64,000 nucleotides of DNA from an uncultured Verrucomicrobiae bacterium (GTDB taxonomy: Bacteria; Verrucomicrobiota; Verrucomicrobiia; Palsa-1439): positions 160,001-224,000 of the forward strand of contig CAWEWF010000005.1 of assembly GCA_963812605.1 (NCBI GenBank), given 5' to 3'. The notes below the pieces were generated by a model. That model did no database searches and had not been told where the DNA came from. It worked only from the letters and a program-made list of their open reading frames with translations. The position numbers and the translations under genes are program-made. Position 1 is the stretch's first letter. Every line of letters begins with the position of its first letter. Below, in pieces: positions 20,383 through 32,519 of the stretch.

Positions 20383-21839
20383 ATGATGAAGAAAACGGAT
20401 TGGCAACCCAGTGGCAATGCGACCGCCGACACGCCGGTGTCCGCGAAGGGTGGGGACGGCGGCGCGTCGCCCGGCGGCCACCGGTCACTGGAGGGAATGC
20501 ACGGCACGGTCGATGTCCCGCATCATGAAGCCAGCTTCTGGAGGCAATGGCGCGTCTATGTCGGGCCGGCGCTGTTGATCAGCATCGGTTACATGGACCC
20601 CGGCAACTGGGGCACCGACCTTTCGGGCGGCGCTTCGTTCAAATACGACCTGCTCTGGGTGGTCGCCCTGGCCAGTCTGATGGCCATCTTCCTTCAAGTC
20701 ATCTCTGCCCGGCTCGGGGTCGTCACCGGCAAGGACCTGGCCCAGTGCTGCCGCGACTGGTATCCCAAGTGGACGCGCTGGCCCAACTGGCTGCTCTGCG
20801 AACTGGCGATCGGGGCCTGCGATCTGGCCGAAGTGCTGGGCAGCGCCGTAGCGATTAATTTGCTCACCCACAACCACATTCCCATTTTCTGGGCGGTGGT
20901 CATCACCGCCGGAGACGTGCTGCTGCTGCTGGCGCTTCAACGATACGGCATGCGGACAATCGAGGCCGTGGTGCTGGTGCTGATCTCGACGATTGCGGTC
21001 TGCTACTTCATCGAAATTTTCGTCATCCCGCAGACGCAGCCAAGCTTCCTGGAGATGGGGCGGGCTCTCTTACCCCCGGCTTCCGGCGGGTGGGGATGCT
21101 GTACGTGGCGATCGGGATTATTGGAGCGACCGTGATGCCGCATAATCTCTATCTGCATTCCGCGCTCGTTCAGAGTCGTAACTTTCAGAAGGATGAGCCG
21201 TCCATTCGGCGGGCCATTCAGTTCAACACGATCGACACGTCCGTCGCGCTGGTGATCGCCTTCTTCGTGAACGCGGCCATCCTCGTGCTCGCGGCCATGG
21301 TGTTCTACGGAAAAACCAGCATTACCGTAGCGGGCGGGCAGGTCGTCCCATTCAACGACGATACCGACTGGATCCGGGTCGCCTATTTAACGCTCGCGCC
21401 GCTGCTGGGCGTTGCCGCCGCCAGCCCGCTGTTCGCGATCGCGCTGCTGGCCAGCGGCCAGGCCAGCACGATCACCGGCACGCTGGCCGGCCAGGTCGTG
21501 ATGGAAGGCTTCATGCATTGGAGGCTCTCGCCATGGGTCCGGCGAATCATCACTCGATTACTGGCAATTATTCCCGCGATCCTGATCATCGGCATCCGGG
21601 GCGATAGCAGTGTCAACGACCTGTTGAACCTGAGCCAGGTGGTGCTGGCCTTGCAGCTTCCTCTGGCCATGTTCCCGCTGCTACATTTCACCAGTTCCCG
21701 CGTGCGGATGGGGGAGTGGAAGAACGGCTGGTTTCTGATGATCGCGGGTTGGGGGAGCGCGCTATTGATCACCGCGTTGGACATTTACGGTTTGCCGGAT
21801 GCCTTGAAGCAGGCCTGGGCAGTCATTGTCGGCCATTGA
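20383..21839 (+). CDS. mntH: Nramp divalent metal (Mn2+) transporter MntH (frameshift near 21070)
   Basis: GYMDPGNW, DLAEVLG, GATVMPHNLYLHS, TITGTLAGQVVMEGF, LSQVVL. Confidence 0.92.
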
Positions 21840-21856
21840 AGGAAGGAACGATTGCC

Positions 21857-22274
21857 ATGTACAACAAGATTCTGATGACGCTGGATGCCACGCCGACGGA
21901 TCGGGCGATCATCGAGCACGTGAAGGATTTGGCGACGGCGATGCACAGTCGCGTCGCGCTGTTGCATGTGGCCGATGGTTGGGCGGCGCGGACGTATGGC
22001 GCGGATGCGGTCAGTCCGGAAATCACGGAGGACAAAGCGTATCTGGAGAAGGTTCGTGCCGAATTCCAAACTGCGGGCATTCCCACCGAGGCCGAGCTGG
22101 CCTACGGCGAACCGGCTGACGAAATCATCAAGTGGGTAGAGAAACAAAGGTTGCGATCTGGTGGCGATGAGCACGCACGGACACCGATTCATCGCCGACT
22201 TGTTCTTGGGATCCACGTCCCGCCACGTCCGGCACACCGTCAAAGTGCCGGTCCTGCTTCTGCGGGCGAAATGA
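21857..22274 (+). CDS. Universal stress protein (frameshift near 22145)
   Basis: MYNKILMTLD..LLHVADG..GEPADEI, then DLVAMSTHGHRFIADLFLGSTS in the shifted frame. Confidence 0.85.
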
Positions 22275-22309
22275 CCCTGCGCCCAATGCAAAATCTCGCG
22301 CGTCACCTG

Positions 22310-22780
22310 CTACCCGCCCGGCTTGTGAGGAGCGCCTCTTTTAATGTGTGTAACGAATGCAGCGAGGGTTTCCTTGCTGACGTGGTGCTCGATGCCTTCG
22401 GCGTCGGAGTGGGCGACGGTGTCTGGGACGCCGAGCGATTTGAGAAATTCGACGACGATCTCGTGGCGGCGGCGTGATTCCTCGGAAAGCTTGCGGCCGG
22501 CATCCGTGAGGAAAATGGAGCGATAGGGCAGGGAGGTGACCAGTCCCTCGCGCTGGAGGCGCTGGATGGTGCGGCTGACAGTGACGTGGGTGACGCCGAG
22601 CCACCGGGCAAGATCGATCACCCGCGCTTCGCCGGTGGTGGCAATGAGTTCGGCAATCGTCTCGACGTAATCCTGGGCGGTCTCCTGCGAATGTTCTTCC
22701 CGCGTGCGTTTGCGGTTTCCCGTCAGCGAAACGGAGCGGGTCTTGGACGATTTGGCGGACGGACGATTCACAAGACCCAT
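22310..22780 (-). CDS. mntR: Manganese-dependent regulator MntR
   Basis: ETAQDYVETIAEL, ARVIDLA, PYRSIFLT, RHEIV, DAEGIEHHVS (proteobacterial-type MntR). Confidence 0.88.
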   Translation of the reverse strand: MGLVNRPSAKSSKTRSVSLTGNRKRTREEHSQETAQDYVETIAELIATTGEARVIDLARWLGVTHVTVSRTIQRLQREGLVTSLPYRSIFLTDAGRKLSEESRRRHEIVVEFLKSLGVPDTVAHSDAEGIEHHVSKETLAAFVTHIKRGAPHKPGG

Positions 22781-22800
22781 TACAACAAGAAAGAATCCCA

Positions 22801-22877
22801 TTGACAACATTAGAATCAATAAGTAGCATCAGCTACATTATGAATTATCGTATTCTTAATGTAGCAGCAACTGTATT
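22801..22877. promoter_or_regulatory. Divergent mntR/TBDR promoter with MntR-type operator(s)
   Basis: TTGACA at 22801; palindrome GTAGC-ATCA-GCTAC (22823-22836) like the TAGC-N4-GCTA MntR box; weaker copy at 22857-22877. Confidence 0.65.
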
Positions 22878-23047
22878 CCGCCGACACCACCTGGTCGATG
22901 AATGAATTGTATAAACAACCAGACGTTAGCGGGGCCGCCGCTGAATCTCACGCGCTGGCGGCTGCAATTGCGCACCTGAGCACGACCAAGCCAAAAGGAA
23001 TTCCATCGCAACCCATGCCAGCGACTATCACAACACACAACTACGAA

Positions 23048-25377
23048 ATGACCCTACGCCCCTTGTTAAAGGCGATTCATTCCCCTCAATTCTTCCGGTT
23101 TAGACGCGCCTCATGTTCCGGCTCGGTGGCGGGTTTACTGGCCTTCGGGACCGTCGTTGCCGGTCAGACGACCAACCTTCCGCTAGTGTCCGCTCCGACC
23201 AACGCCCCGCCCGAAATCTCGTCTCCATCCATAATCGCAACGAATCAGGCGCCTGCGGAACAGACCACCACCGGAGGGACGACGAATTCGCCCGTGAAGC
23301 TTGGTACCGTGGTCGTCACGGGTCATTTGGACGCGGCCCGCGAGCAGATAGCGCCGAGCCTCGGTGCGGTCACATATAACATTGGCATCGCCCAGATTCA
23401 GTCAATGGGTCAGGGTGAAAATGCCACTTTTCAGCAGGTATTATTGCAGGCACCGGGCGTGGTGCAGGAGGAATTCGGGGGGATCCATGTCCGTGGCGAT
23501 CACGGGGACGTGCAATACCGCATCAATGGGGTTTTGCTTCCAGAGAGCCTCAATGGGTTTGGGCAGGAAATTGACACTCGGTTGATTCAATCGGTCACGC
23601 TGATCACGGAACCATGCCGGCGCAGTTTGGCGACCGCACGGCCGGGATCATTGACGTCACAACCAAGACAGGTTCTCAACTCAACGGCGGTGAGCTTTCG
23701 ATGTATGGCGGCAGTTACGATACCATCCATCCGTCCGGGTCAGTTGGCGGCACCACGAGCAACCTGGATTATTTCATCACCGCCTCCTATTTGCACAATG
23801 ATGTCGGCATTGATAACACCACGCCCAGCGGTGATCCGTTGCATGACGAGACCGATCAGGAAAAACTCTTTGGCTATTTCTCCCATCCCATCGGCGACAC
23901 TCAGCCGGCTGACATTGCTGCTCAGCGGTTCGTACGCCGATTTCCAGCTTCGCGATACGGCGGGACGGGAGCCGATCTATCAGTTGACGAACGGCCCGCC
24001 GCCGGATTCGTCCACCATCAATGATAATCAGAACGAACAAAACTATTACGCCGTGCTCTCCTATCAGGTATCGGCGGGCAACCTTGCGGCGCAAGTTTCC
24101 GCCTTGACCCGCTACACGCAGATCCAGTTTTCCCCGACGTGGCGCAAGATCTTATGTTCGGTGGCAACGGCCCGCTAATAAAGAACAGTGATCTCGCCAA
24201 CGGGCTTCAGATGGACGCGTCGTACATCCTGGGGACCACCACACCATCCGCGCGGGGATGCTGGCCACGTATGACATCGAACGACTCGATACTGACTCCG
24301 CTGTCTTTCCCTCCGATTCACAATTCACGGCCAGCCCAACCACTCCTACCCTGCCCCTGCCCGGCGGCCCGGTGCCCCTGCCCGGTAACCCGCCGCAATC
24401 GTCAACGACTCCCTTCACGATAACCGCCAACGGTGGAAACAGCGGGTTGACCTCCGGCATTTACTTGCAAGACGAGTGGTTGCTGACCGAAGCGCTCACC
24501 CTGAACTACGGTGTTCGTTATGACCGCTTCGATGTCACCTTCGATCACGAAGACCAGGTCAGCCCGCGCGTCAATCTGGTCTGGAGGATTGACCCTGCCA
24601 CGGTCGCCCACATCGGCTATGCGCGTTATTTCATGCCGCCGACGTTGCAGTACGTTCCATTGTCAACCGTCAAGAAATTCGAATATACCACCGACGCTCC
24701 TTTCAATGAGGGGGACGCTCCCCCCAAAGTTGAACGCGATCATTATTTTGATGCCGGCCTCTCCCGCACGATCACCCCACCCTGGCACGTCACCGTGGAC
24801 TCTTTCTGTAAACTGGCCAGAATCTTCTCGATGATGGGCAGTTCGGAAGTGCCATCATTCTCAATAATTTTAATTATACGTCGGGCACGGTCTATGGCGC
24901 GGAGTTGGGTAGCACGTACAAGCAAGGGCCCGTTTCTGCGTATGGAAACTTTTCGTATGTCCAAACATGGGCGCAGAACATTGACTCGGTGCAAAACGAA
25001 TTCCCGAACAATGAGCTGGATTACCTGTCCAAGAATTACATCCAACTGGATCATCGGGCCGGTACACCGGTTCGGGCGGCTTCTCTTATATTTTTCTCAA
25101 AGACAACCGGCTCTATACGGATTTCCTTTATGGCAACGGCCTGCGGGCCGGGTTTGCGAATCTCGAAAAACTTCCCGCCTATACGACAGTGAATGTGGGC
25201 GTGGAACACGTGTTTCCTGTGCATTCCAGCGGCATCAAAGAAATAAAACTGCGCTTTGACTGCCTCAACCTTTTCGACGAGGTGTATGAAATTCGCAATG
25301 GCACAGGCATCGGCATCGCCGCCCCAGCCTACGGAGCGCGCCGCGCATTTTACGGTGGGCTCTCGGTGGACTTTTGA
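23048..25377 (+). CDS. TonB-dependent receptor (several frameshifts)
   Basis: TVVVTG TonB box, plug LLQAPGV..HVRG..YRINGV, PAQFGDRTAGIIDVTTK, YLQDEW, NYGVRYD, NLFD, C-terminal GLSVDF*. Confidence 0.88.
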
Positions 25378-25405
25378 GAACGAAAGAAGCGCATTGGAAA
25401 CGGCT

Positions 25406-26158
25406 ATGCATCCGGAAATGGACGCGGGTTGCGCCGTGACAGTCAGGGGAACAATCCAGTTCGCCCAGCCGCCGGTAACGGCGCGCCCGATGCATCCCAT
25501 TGCCCACATCGGTTTTGAGCCGAACGATCCCACACTGCTCGCTCCCGTATTGACCTTCGTGGGCTGGGTTGTTTGTCTGGCGGTCGGACTGCTCGGATTC
25601 CTACTGCCGTACGCGCGTCCACATCAATCCGTCAACCCGACTCAATCTGTCAAAGTCCAAAGGCTCATTGTGGAATTGAGCAAAGAGCCCGTCGCTCCCA
25701 GTGAAACCGAACGTCCACCCGGACCCGGTCTTCCGTGCCCTTCCCGGCGGACGCCATGGCTCCGCCGCCGATTGCCGTTGCACAACCGTCTGCGGCCATC
25801 GCGTTCGCGGTACCTGTGGAAGGCCCGACGCGCGTTGTCCCATTCGACCAGGCCACGTATGCCAGGCCATCCCGAGGGTGCCGGCGGTGCAACGGCTCAC
25901 ATTCGGTGAGGGGGAAGGCCAACAACTCACGCCGGAATATCCCCCGCAAGCCATTCAACAACATCAGGAGGGACCGTGGTCGTTCGTCTGGTTGTCGGCG
26001 AAAGCGGCGAGGTCATTTCCGCCGAAGCCATCCAACCTTGTCTCTGGCCATTATTAAACGAATCGGCCCTGCGGGCAGTCCGGTATCAGTGGCGGTTTTC
26101 CGCCGGTGCTGTGCGTATTTACGATGTCGCCATTCGTTTTCAAATCACAACGCAGTGA
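25406..26158 (+). CDS. tonB: Energy transducer TonB (frameshifted)
   Basis: TM anchor, Pro-rich linker, PEYPPQAIQQHQEG, then VVRLVVGESGEV...LNESALRAVRYQWRF. Confidence 0.78.
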
Positions 26159-26170
26159 AGAAAAAGCTTT

Positions 26171-26881
26171 ATGACACACATCATACTTGCCAATGTCGTC
26201 GTGGACTTCTTCATCAAGGGCGGGCCGGTCATGTGGCCGATTCTCCTCGCTTTCCTCGGGGCGCTGGTCGTCATCGTGGAGCGGGCGATATGGTGGAACG
26301 ATCTGCGGCGTCGCGCCAATGCCAAGGAGTTGAGCGAGGCGTTCGACGCCATCGCCGACGGCGATTTTGACCGCGCCGTGCGACTGACTGATGCCACCGA
26401 TGATCCGTTCCTGAAAGTGGTTCACGAAGGCCTGCTGCACGCCCATACGTCGATGCTTGGCGCGATGCAATTGCGCGCCAACGACGAAATCGAGAAGGCT
26501 GAAAAATACGTCTGGGTACTGGGCACGTTGATCACGCTGGCGCCGTTGTTGGGATTGCTCGGCACGGTCACAGGCATCATGCGTTCGTTTAGCTTTGTCG
26601 GCCAGGAGGAACTGGCGGCGGTGAAAGTCAGCGGCGGCATCGCCGAGGCGCTGATCGCGACGGCCTGCGGTTTGAGCACGGCGATTCTGTGCCTGCTGCC
26701 GTTCAATTTTTACAATCGCCGATTGGCGCGGTACCGGTCCCGACTCGAACAGACCATCAATCATGTCGAATTGTTGGTCGAATCCGCCAAACATCACGGG
26801 CATGATCTGGAAGCCTTTTCCGGCCGACGCGCTCGGAACCTTCAAAATCGGGTGAAATCCGTGGCTACCCCTAAACCGTAA
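26171..26881 (+). CDS. exbB: MotA/TolQ/ExbB proton channel
   Basis: [37 protein letters not shown]. Confidence 0.9.
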   Translation: MTHIILANVVVDFFIKGGPVMWPILLAFLGALVVIVERAIWWNDLRRRANAKELSEAFDAIADGDFDRAVRLTDATDDPFLKVVHEGLLHAHTSMLGAMQLRANDEIEKAEKYVWVLGTLITLAPLLGLLGTVTGIMRSFSFVGQEELAAVKVSGGIAEALIATACGLSTAILCLLPFNFYNRRLARYRSRLEQTINHVELLVESAKHHGHDLEAFSGRRARNLQNRVKSVATPKP

Positions 26882-26895
26882 CCGAGACCCGCGCC

Positions 26896-27328
26896 ATGCC
26901 TGTTAAACTCGGCCCCAAACAATCGTCGGAATCTGAAGCACGGATTGAGATCATCCCGTTGATTGACATTATGTTTTTTCTGCTCGCCAGTTTCATGCTG
27001 GTAAGCCTGAGCATGGTCAACTTGAAAAGCGTCAAGGTGAACCTGCCGACGGCCACCACAGCGACCCTTGAGACGAAGAACGATTTCGCGAGCATCTCGG
27101 TGGACAAAGCCGGGGCGGTGTATCTTGGACAAACAGCCCGTCGGCGCGAATGAATTGGTGTTGCGGCTGAATGCCTGGCACCACACGAATGAGAACGTTC
27201 GCGTATTCATCAGCGGCGATCAGGATGTCCGCTACGGCGCTGTCGTTCATGTCCTGGATCTGGTGCGTTCGACCGGCATCCAGAAAGTGGCCTTTGAAAT
27301 CCGTGAGCCGACGCCCGCGCAACCATGA
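26896..27328 (+). CDS. exbD: ExbD/TolR (frameshift near 27125)
   Basis: IEIIPLIDIMFFLLASFM, VNLP; shifted frame VFISGDQDVRYGAVVHVLDLVRSTGIQKVAF. Confidence 0.88.
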
Positions 27329-27809
27329 ACGGCCGACTGAAATATTTGAATTTGTTTGGTGTCCTGGCGCTGGCGGCATTGTGCATCGCCCAGTGGCAGC
27401 GGGATCGGCACTTGAATCTCGAGATCGGCCGCCTCGACCAGATGCGTCTGCAACAGGCCGCCAAAATCGACGAGCAAGCGAGCCTGTTGAAGGGCTTGAA
27501 TGAGGATTTGGGCCAACTCAAGACTTCGCTCGTCAATGAACAATCTCTTCGCTCGCAGGTCGAACAAAAGGTGATAGTCGCTCGAAAGCGCCAACCAACA
27601 GCTTGGCGCTGGAACGGGATCAACTCAAGGCCGCGATCACGAACTGGGCGAATGCCGTGGCGGTCCGCGACGCGCGCATGAAAGAAGCCAACGCCCGAAT
27701 CGAACAACTGGCGGCCGACTTGAACACCAGCATTCGCAAATACAATGAATTGGTTACGAATCGTAACGCGGCTGCAAAAACATCCGGCGCAACGCGCGCC
27801 CAGCCGTAA
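27325..27809 (+). CDS. Membrane-anchored coiled-coil protein (frameshift near 27585)
   Basis: ATGA overlap with exbD; N-terminal TM/signal followed by heptad-rich helix. Confidence 0.65.
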
Positions 27810-27844
27810 ACTCAGCGGGGCTGAAGTTACCGCAGCCTGAGTTC

Positions 27845-29203
27845 CTACGGAACCGTCGCTTCACCAACTCATTCATCTTGGTGACGAGGGCCTGGAGGTA
27901 GACGGTGGCTAGCTGGCCGTACTTGACTACGAGCTTGCCGTTGACGAGGACGAATTTGGCGCGGGGGGAGTGACAGAGGATCAAGGCGCCGAGCGGGTCC
28001 TGGGCGGCGGCGCCGGCGAACTCGATGGTGTTCAGGTCATAGATAGCGATGTCGGCGGCGGAGCCGGGGGCGATGTTGCCGAGTTCGCGTTCGCGGTTGA
28101 GCAAACGCGCGCCGCCGAGCGTGGCAATGCGCAAGGCGTCTTCGGCGGTGAAACTGTCCGCGCCGTTCTTCACGCGCTGAAGCAACAAGGCTTGGCGCGC
28201 TTCCGCGAGGACATGCGCGCCGTTGTTGCTCGATGAACCATCCACGCCGAGGCCGACCGTGGCGTTCGCTTTCAACATCTCGCAGACGGGCGGAATGCCG
28301 GAGCCGAGAATCATGTTCGACGACGGACAATGCGCGACGGCGGTCTTCGTGTCGGCGAGCAGCTTGATCTCGGCGGAGTTAGGCAAACGCAATGCGCCCA
28401 CGAGACGTCGGGGCCGACCCAGTCGGCGGCGACCATATAATCGGCAGGGCGTTTGCCGAATTTCTCGAGGCAGAATTTATTTTCGTCCTCCGTCTCGGCG
28501 ACATGGGTGTGACAGAGAACGTGATGCGACTTGGCGAGAGCGCGCGTGTCCTTCAACAAGTCGAACGTGATCGAGAAAGGGGAGCAGGGCATCAAGTCGA
28601 TCCGCGTCATCGCGTACGGCTTCGCGTCGTGGAATTTCCCGATGACACGTTCAGAGTCCTTCACGATGGCCGATTCATCCTGCACGACGTCATCGGGGGC
28701 AGGCCACCCTGGCTGCGTCCGAGCGACATCGAGCCGCGTCCCGCGTGGAGGCGCATGCCGAGTTCCGCCGCGCCTTCGATGACCGCCTCGGCTTTCACGT
28801 CGGATTCGCGCGGGTAGAGGTAGAACATGTCGTTGGTCGTCGTGCAACCCGAGAGCAGCATTTCCGCCATCGAGATTTGTGAGCCGAGCTTGACGGCTTC
28901 GTAATCGATGCGGCCCCAGACGTTGTAAAGCCCGAGCAACCAGTCGAAGAGCTTGGTGTTCTGCACGGGCTTCAGGCAGCGCGTGAGCGACTGGTACAGA
29001 TGGTGGTGCGTGTTGATCAAACCGGGAATCACCGCGCAGTTGGTCGCGTCGATGGTCTCGTCGGGTTGGAAATCGGCGGGCAACGTCGGCGTGACACCGA
29101 GAACGCGATTGTCCTCGATGAGGACGTGATGGTTTTCGAATTGTTCGACGCGTTGTTGCGTACTCCAGCGGATGACGTGGCCATTTTTGATGAGAAGCTT
29201 CAT
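27845..29203 (-). CDS. Amidohydrolase, 8-oxoguanine deaminase/AtzB/SsnA-like (frameshifted)
   Basis: PGLINTHHHLYQSLTR, PCSPFS, HTHVAET, AHCPSSNM, GLGVDGS; 3' end approximate. Confidence 0.88.
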
Positions 29204-29348
29204 AAGGCGGCGCTATTTTTAAGCGCGGGACAAGGGACAAGGCAAAGGAATTCGGGGGGGAAAAATACTGGACAGGCCGGTTCCCATGCGCATACACTGC
29301 GGGTCAGGCGAACCGGCACCCGCGACAACTACGAAAAGGAGAACGATT

Positions 29349-29663
29349 ATGCGAAAAGCACTAGCGTCGTTGGCAGTGGGTGTATCAGCGATCATGTTGT
29401 TAGTAGGATGTGCAGGGGTAACACCGATGAACGGCAGCCTCTATACGGACTTGAAGGGGCCAGTCGCCGTCGGCGACGCAGCAGGGTCATCCAAGACGGG
29501 AACGGCGAAAGCGACCGCGATTATCGGCATTGCGACGGGCGATGCCAGCATTGCGACCGCGATGGCCAATGGGGGGATCACCAAGATCCACCACGTGGAT
29601 ACCCATGTGACGAATATCCTGGGGATCTACGCCACGTACGAAACAGTAGTCTACGGGGAATAA
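29349..29663 (+). CDS. TRL-like lipoprotein
   Basis: Lipobox LVGC; GDASIATAMANGGITKIHHVD...ETVVYGE. Confidence 0.8.
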   Translation: MRKALASLAVGVSAIMLLVGCAGVTPMNGSLYTDLKGPVAVGDAAGSSKTGTAKATAIIGIATGDASIATAMANGGITKIHHVDTHVTNILGIYATYETVVYGE

Positions 29664-29771
29664 AAAGAAGCATTGCGTGCCGCGGGTGCCGATCGCCTTA
29701 TGTACCGCTGCGGGCAATGCAGAAGCGTGGCTCTCCACAATAGGGTGATGTCTTAATTTGCATCCGCCAAC

Positions 29772-29835
29772 TGTAGCCGAAGTGTAAGCTTCGGGAATCC
29801 GCATGGCTCCCACCGAAGCTTACGCTTCGGCTACA
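29772..29835. repeat. Intergenic REP-like inverted doublet
   Basis: TGTAGCCGAAGTGTAAGCTTCGG ... CCGAAGCTTACGCTTCGGCTACA. Confidence 0.85.
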
Positions 29836-29926
29836 AAACACGAACGATGGGCAATGCGGTAAATTAAGACCCTACCCACAATCGCGGCGCGTTGATTTTG
29901 TTACTCGCCGGCGGTACTATCGCGGG

Positions 29927-31171
29927 ATGGCCGTCCAACACATTTTGCATTTGCGCTGCGTCATTTGCGGCACGACGTATCCGGCCGGCAACCGTTACAC
30001 CTGCGACAAATGCGGCGTTACGGGTATCCTCGATGTCGAGTATGACTACGAGAAGGTGGCCAAGACGTTGACGCGCCACGCGCTGGCGCAACGCGCGCAG
30101 TGGCACTGGCGCTATGAGGAACTGCTCCCCGTCGATTTCTCGCTGCCGCTGCCGGCGTTGCAAATTGGTTGGACGCCGGTGTATCACGCGGACCGGCTCT
30201 CGGAATGGATCGGCGTACGCGACCTGTATATCAAGGACGACGGACGCAACCCGAGCGCGTCGTTCAAGGACCGGGCCAGTTCGGTCGGCGTGATGAAGGC
30301 CACGGAATACCGCGCCAGAACCATCGCGGCGGCATCGACGGGCAACGCGGCCTCGTCGCTGGCGTGTTTCGCGGCGGCGATTGGGATGCCGGCGGTCATC
30401 TTCGTACCGGAGAAAGCGCCCGAACCGAAGATCGCGCAGTTGCTCGTGTTTGGCGCGACGGTGGTCAAGGTCAAGGGCACGTACGATGTGGCGTATGACT
30501 TTTGCATGGACGCTTGCGCAAAATATGGTTGGTACAATCGCAATTGCGCGATCAATTCCTATCTTGTCGAAGGCAAGAAAACCTGCGGGCTGGAGATCGC
30601 CGAGCAGTTTGCCGACATGATGCCCGATTGGGTGTGCTTGAGCGTGGGGGACGGCTGCACGATTGCGGGCGTATGGAAAGGGATCCGCGAGATGTTCCAT
30701 CTGGGTTTCATCAAGAAACTGCCGCGCATGCTGGGCGTCCAGGCGACGGGCTGCAAGCCGGTGGCGGATGCGTTTCATGCCGACAAGGACGTGGTTCCCG
30801 TGGATGGCGTCACCCGCGCGGATAGTATCAATTGCGGGACGCCCCGCAACTGGCGCAAAGCCGTGCATGCCTTGCGGGAGTCGCGGGGCGAAATCGTGGC
30901 GGTGTCGGATGCCGAGATCATGGAAGCGATGAACAAGACGGCGCGGTTGAGCGCGGTGTTCGGCGAACCGAGTGGCGCTGCGAGCGTTGCCGGTGTCAAG
31001 CGGGCGATTGCGGACGGGATCATCAAGAAGAATGAAAGCGTTTGTGCCGTGATTACGGGCAATGGCTTGAAGGATGTGAAAGCCGCCATCGAGACGGCGG
31101 GGACGGCGATCAACATTGCGGCGGATTTGGCGGCGCTGGATGGGGAATTGAAGAAGCGCGGCGCTTTGTAG
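29927..31171 (+). CDS. thrC: Threonine synthase-like PLP enzyme
   Basis: N-terminal CxxC..CxxC, GWTP, NPSASFKDRA, ASTGNAA, EGKKT, VGDG, EPSGAA, ITGNGLKD. Confidence 0.88.
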   Translation: MAVQHILHLRCVICGTTYPAGNRYTCDKCGVTGILDVEYDYEKVAKTLTRHALAQRAQWHWRYEELLPVDFSLPLPALQIGWTPVYHADRLSEWIGVRDLYIKDDGRNPSASFKDRASSVGVMKATEYRARTIAAASTGNAASSLACFAAAIGMPAVIFVPEKAPEPKIAQLLVFGATVVKVKGTYDVAYDFCMDACAKYGWYNRNCAINSYLVEGKKTCGLEIAEQFADMMPDWVCLSVGDGCTIAGVWKGIREMFHLGFIKKLPRMLGVQATGCKPVADAFHADKDVVPVDGVTRADSINCGTPRNWRKAVHALRESRGEIVAVSDAEIMEAMNKTARLSAVFGEPSGAASVAGVKRAIADGIIKKNESVCAVITGNGLKDVKAAIETAGTAINIAADLAALDGELKKRGAL

Positions 31172-31708
31172 TCCAATGTCCACCTGGGGATTGTCGTCGT
31201 GCTGGCCGGTGTGTGGGCGACTTACTGGCAATGATGGCTGGGGCGCGCGACGGCCGCTCCCCAGGCTTGAGCGATTCCTGGTAGTCAACTGCGACTCTAC
31301 GCGAGTACTGTCTGGTTCCAACCCCCGTATGGGGTGAATACCCCATAGCGCCCACACGGCTTCCCAGTTTACCGTGCTGGCGTGAAAGCCATCACAAGCT
31401 GGAAGCATTGTCATTTGGCAATCTCATTATGCTCCGGGGACAGCAACGCGCTTTTGATTTACTGAACAGAAGGGCCATTTCATGAATAGAACCAAATGCC
31501 TGGCGGGAAAAATCGGATTCGTTTTATGGGCGGCGCTTTTCGGGACGCTGACAGGGCGCACAACCCATGCGGCCGAGGTCTCGATGGGAAGGTGGAGTCC
31601 AAGCCGCTGGCCGAGCGGCCGGTAGCGGCCCGGCAACCAACCGAACAGAAAGACGGGAAAGACGAAGAGAAGAAGGACTAGCGGGCCAAAATAATGTGAG
31701 GGATTGTC

Positions 31709-32272
31709 GTGAGCTATTGGCGCAAACGTAGCATCCTCAGTCACGGGCACTCAATTATATCGGGGACGGTCGTGTGTCTTTCCTGTTGGTCCGCCGTTCC
31801 GTCCGCTTCCGCGCAAGAATCTGCGTCGCCGTCCTTGATGGCCTCCCTGTCAGATTCCACGATTACGGCGGCGTCCAGCCGGACCAATAGCAACGAATGG
31901 ACCGACCGCCAGGCGCTTACCGTGCGTGAACCCCAACCGATGCTGCTGCCCGGCCGCAAGCCAACAAGCGCCGAGGTGTGGGAGCGTTTTGAGGCCGAAT
32001 ACTGCCCGCCGCAGAAATCCCCGTCGCCGATCAAGCGGCAGATCGAGAGCGCCAAGTACGGTCTCGACACAGCCGTGTTTGCCGTCGATCGCTTTTTCAA
32101 GAACATTGAGAACCAAGCCGATTTCAGTCTTGATCAAGGCAGCCTGCACCGCACGCGAGAAACTCCTGCGGGAGAGCCGCTGGTCAGTCCACGTGTGAAG
32201 CTCGACCTCAACATGGGGGAGGCCGCCAGGCCCTACGTGGGTGTGCGGATCATCATCCCGGTTGGAAAGTGA
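31709..32272 (+). CDS. Hypothetical exported protein
   Basis: Signal-like N-terminus (ASAQ) and C-terminal beta-strand YVGVRIIIPVGK. Confidence 0.5.
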   Translation: MSYWRKRSILSHGHSIISGTVVCLSCWSAVPSASAQESASPSLMASLSDSTITAASSRTNSNEWTDRQALTVREPQPMLLPGRKPTSAEVWERFEAEYCPPQKSPSPIKRQIESAKYGLDTAVFAVDRFFKNIENQADFSLDQGSLHRTRETPAGEPLVSPRVKLDLNMGEAARPYVGVRIIIPVGK

Positions 32273-32519
32273 CACGCGGCGAAAGCCCTGCTCGCGCGGC
32301 CAACGGGCCTGAACGCCAATCTTTCTGGTAGAGATCAAGTTCCAGCCTGGTTATTCCCGTTTGCGATGGACCAATGGGGTAGGATTATTCCCTATGCGAG
32401 ATTTAGATTTTGCCCAATTGTAGGTAACCGACGGACGCACTATGGTGATTGCAAGTTGGAGGGCAGCCGTGAGCAGTGGCTAATTTGTCGGCCGACCTGA
32501 CACAAAAGAATTTGGCGAA

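Noticed and set aside
20360-23050. yybP-ykoY Mn riboswitch before mntH or the TBDR
   Set aside because: The GGGGAGUAG and CAAUAC/GAGACC-type consensus elements could not be found by eye.
23048-27328. Programmed frameshifting or phase variation in the TonB cluster
   Set aside because: The shifts are numerous, lack consistent slippery sites or long SSRs, and also hit core genes; sequencing error is more parsimonious.
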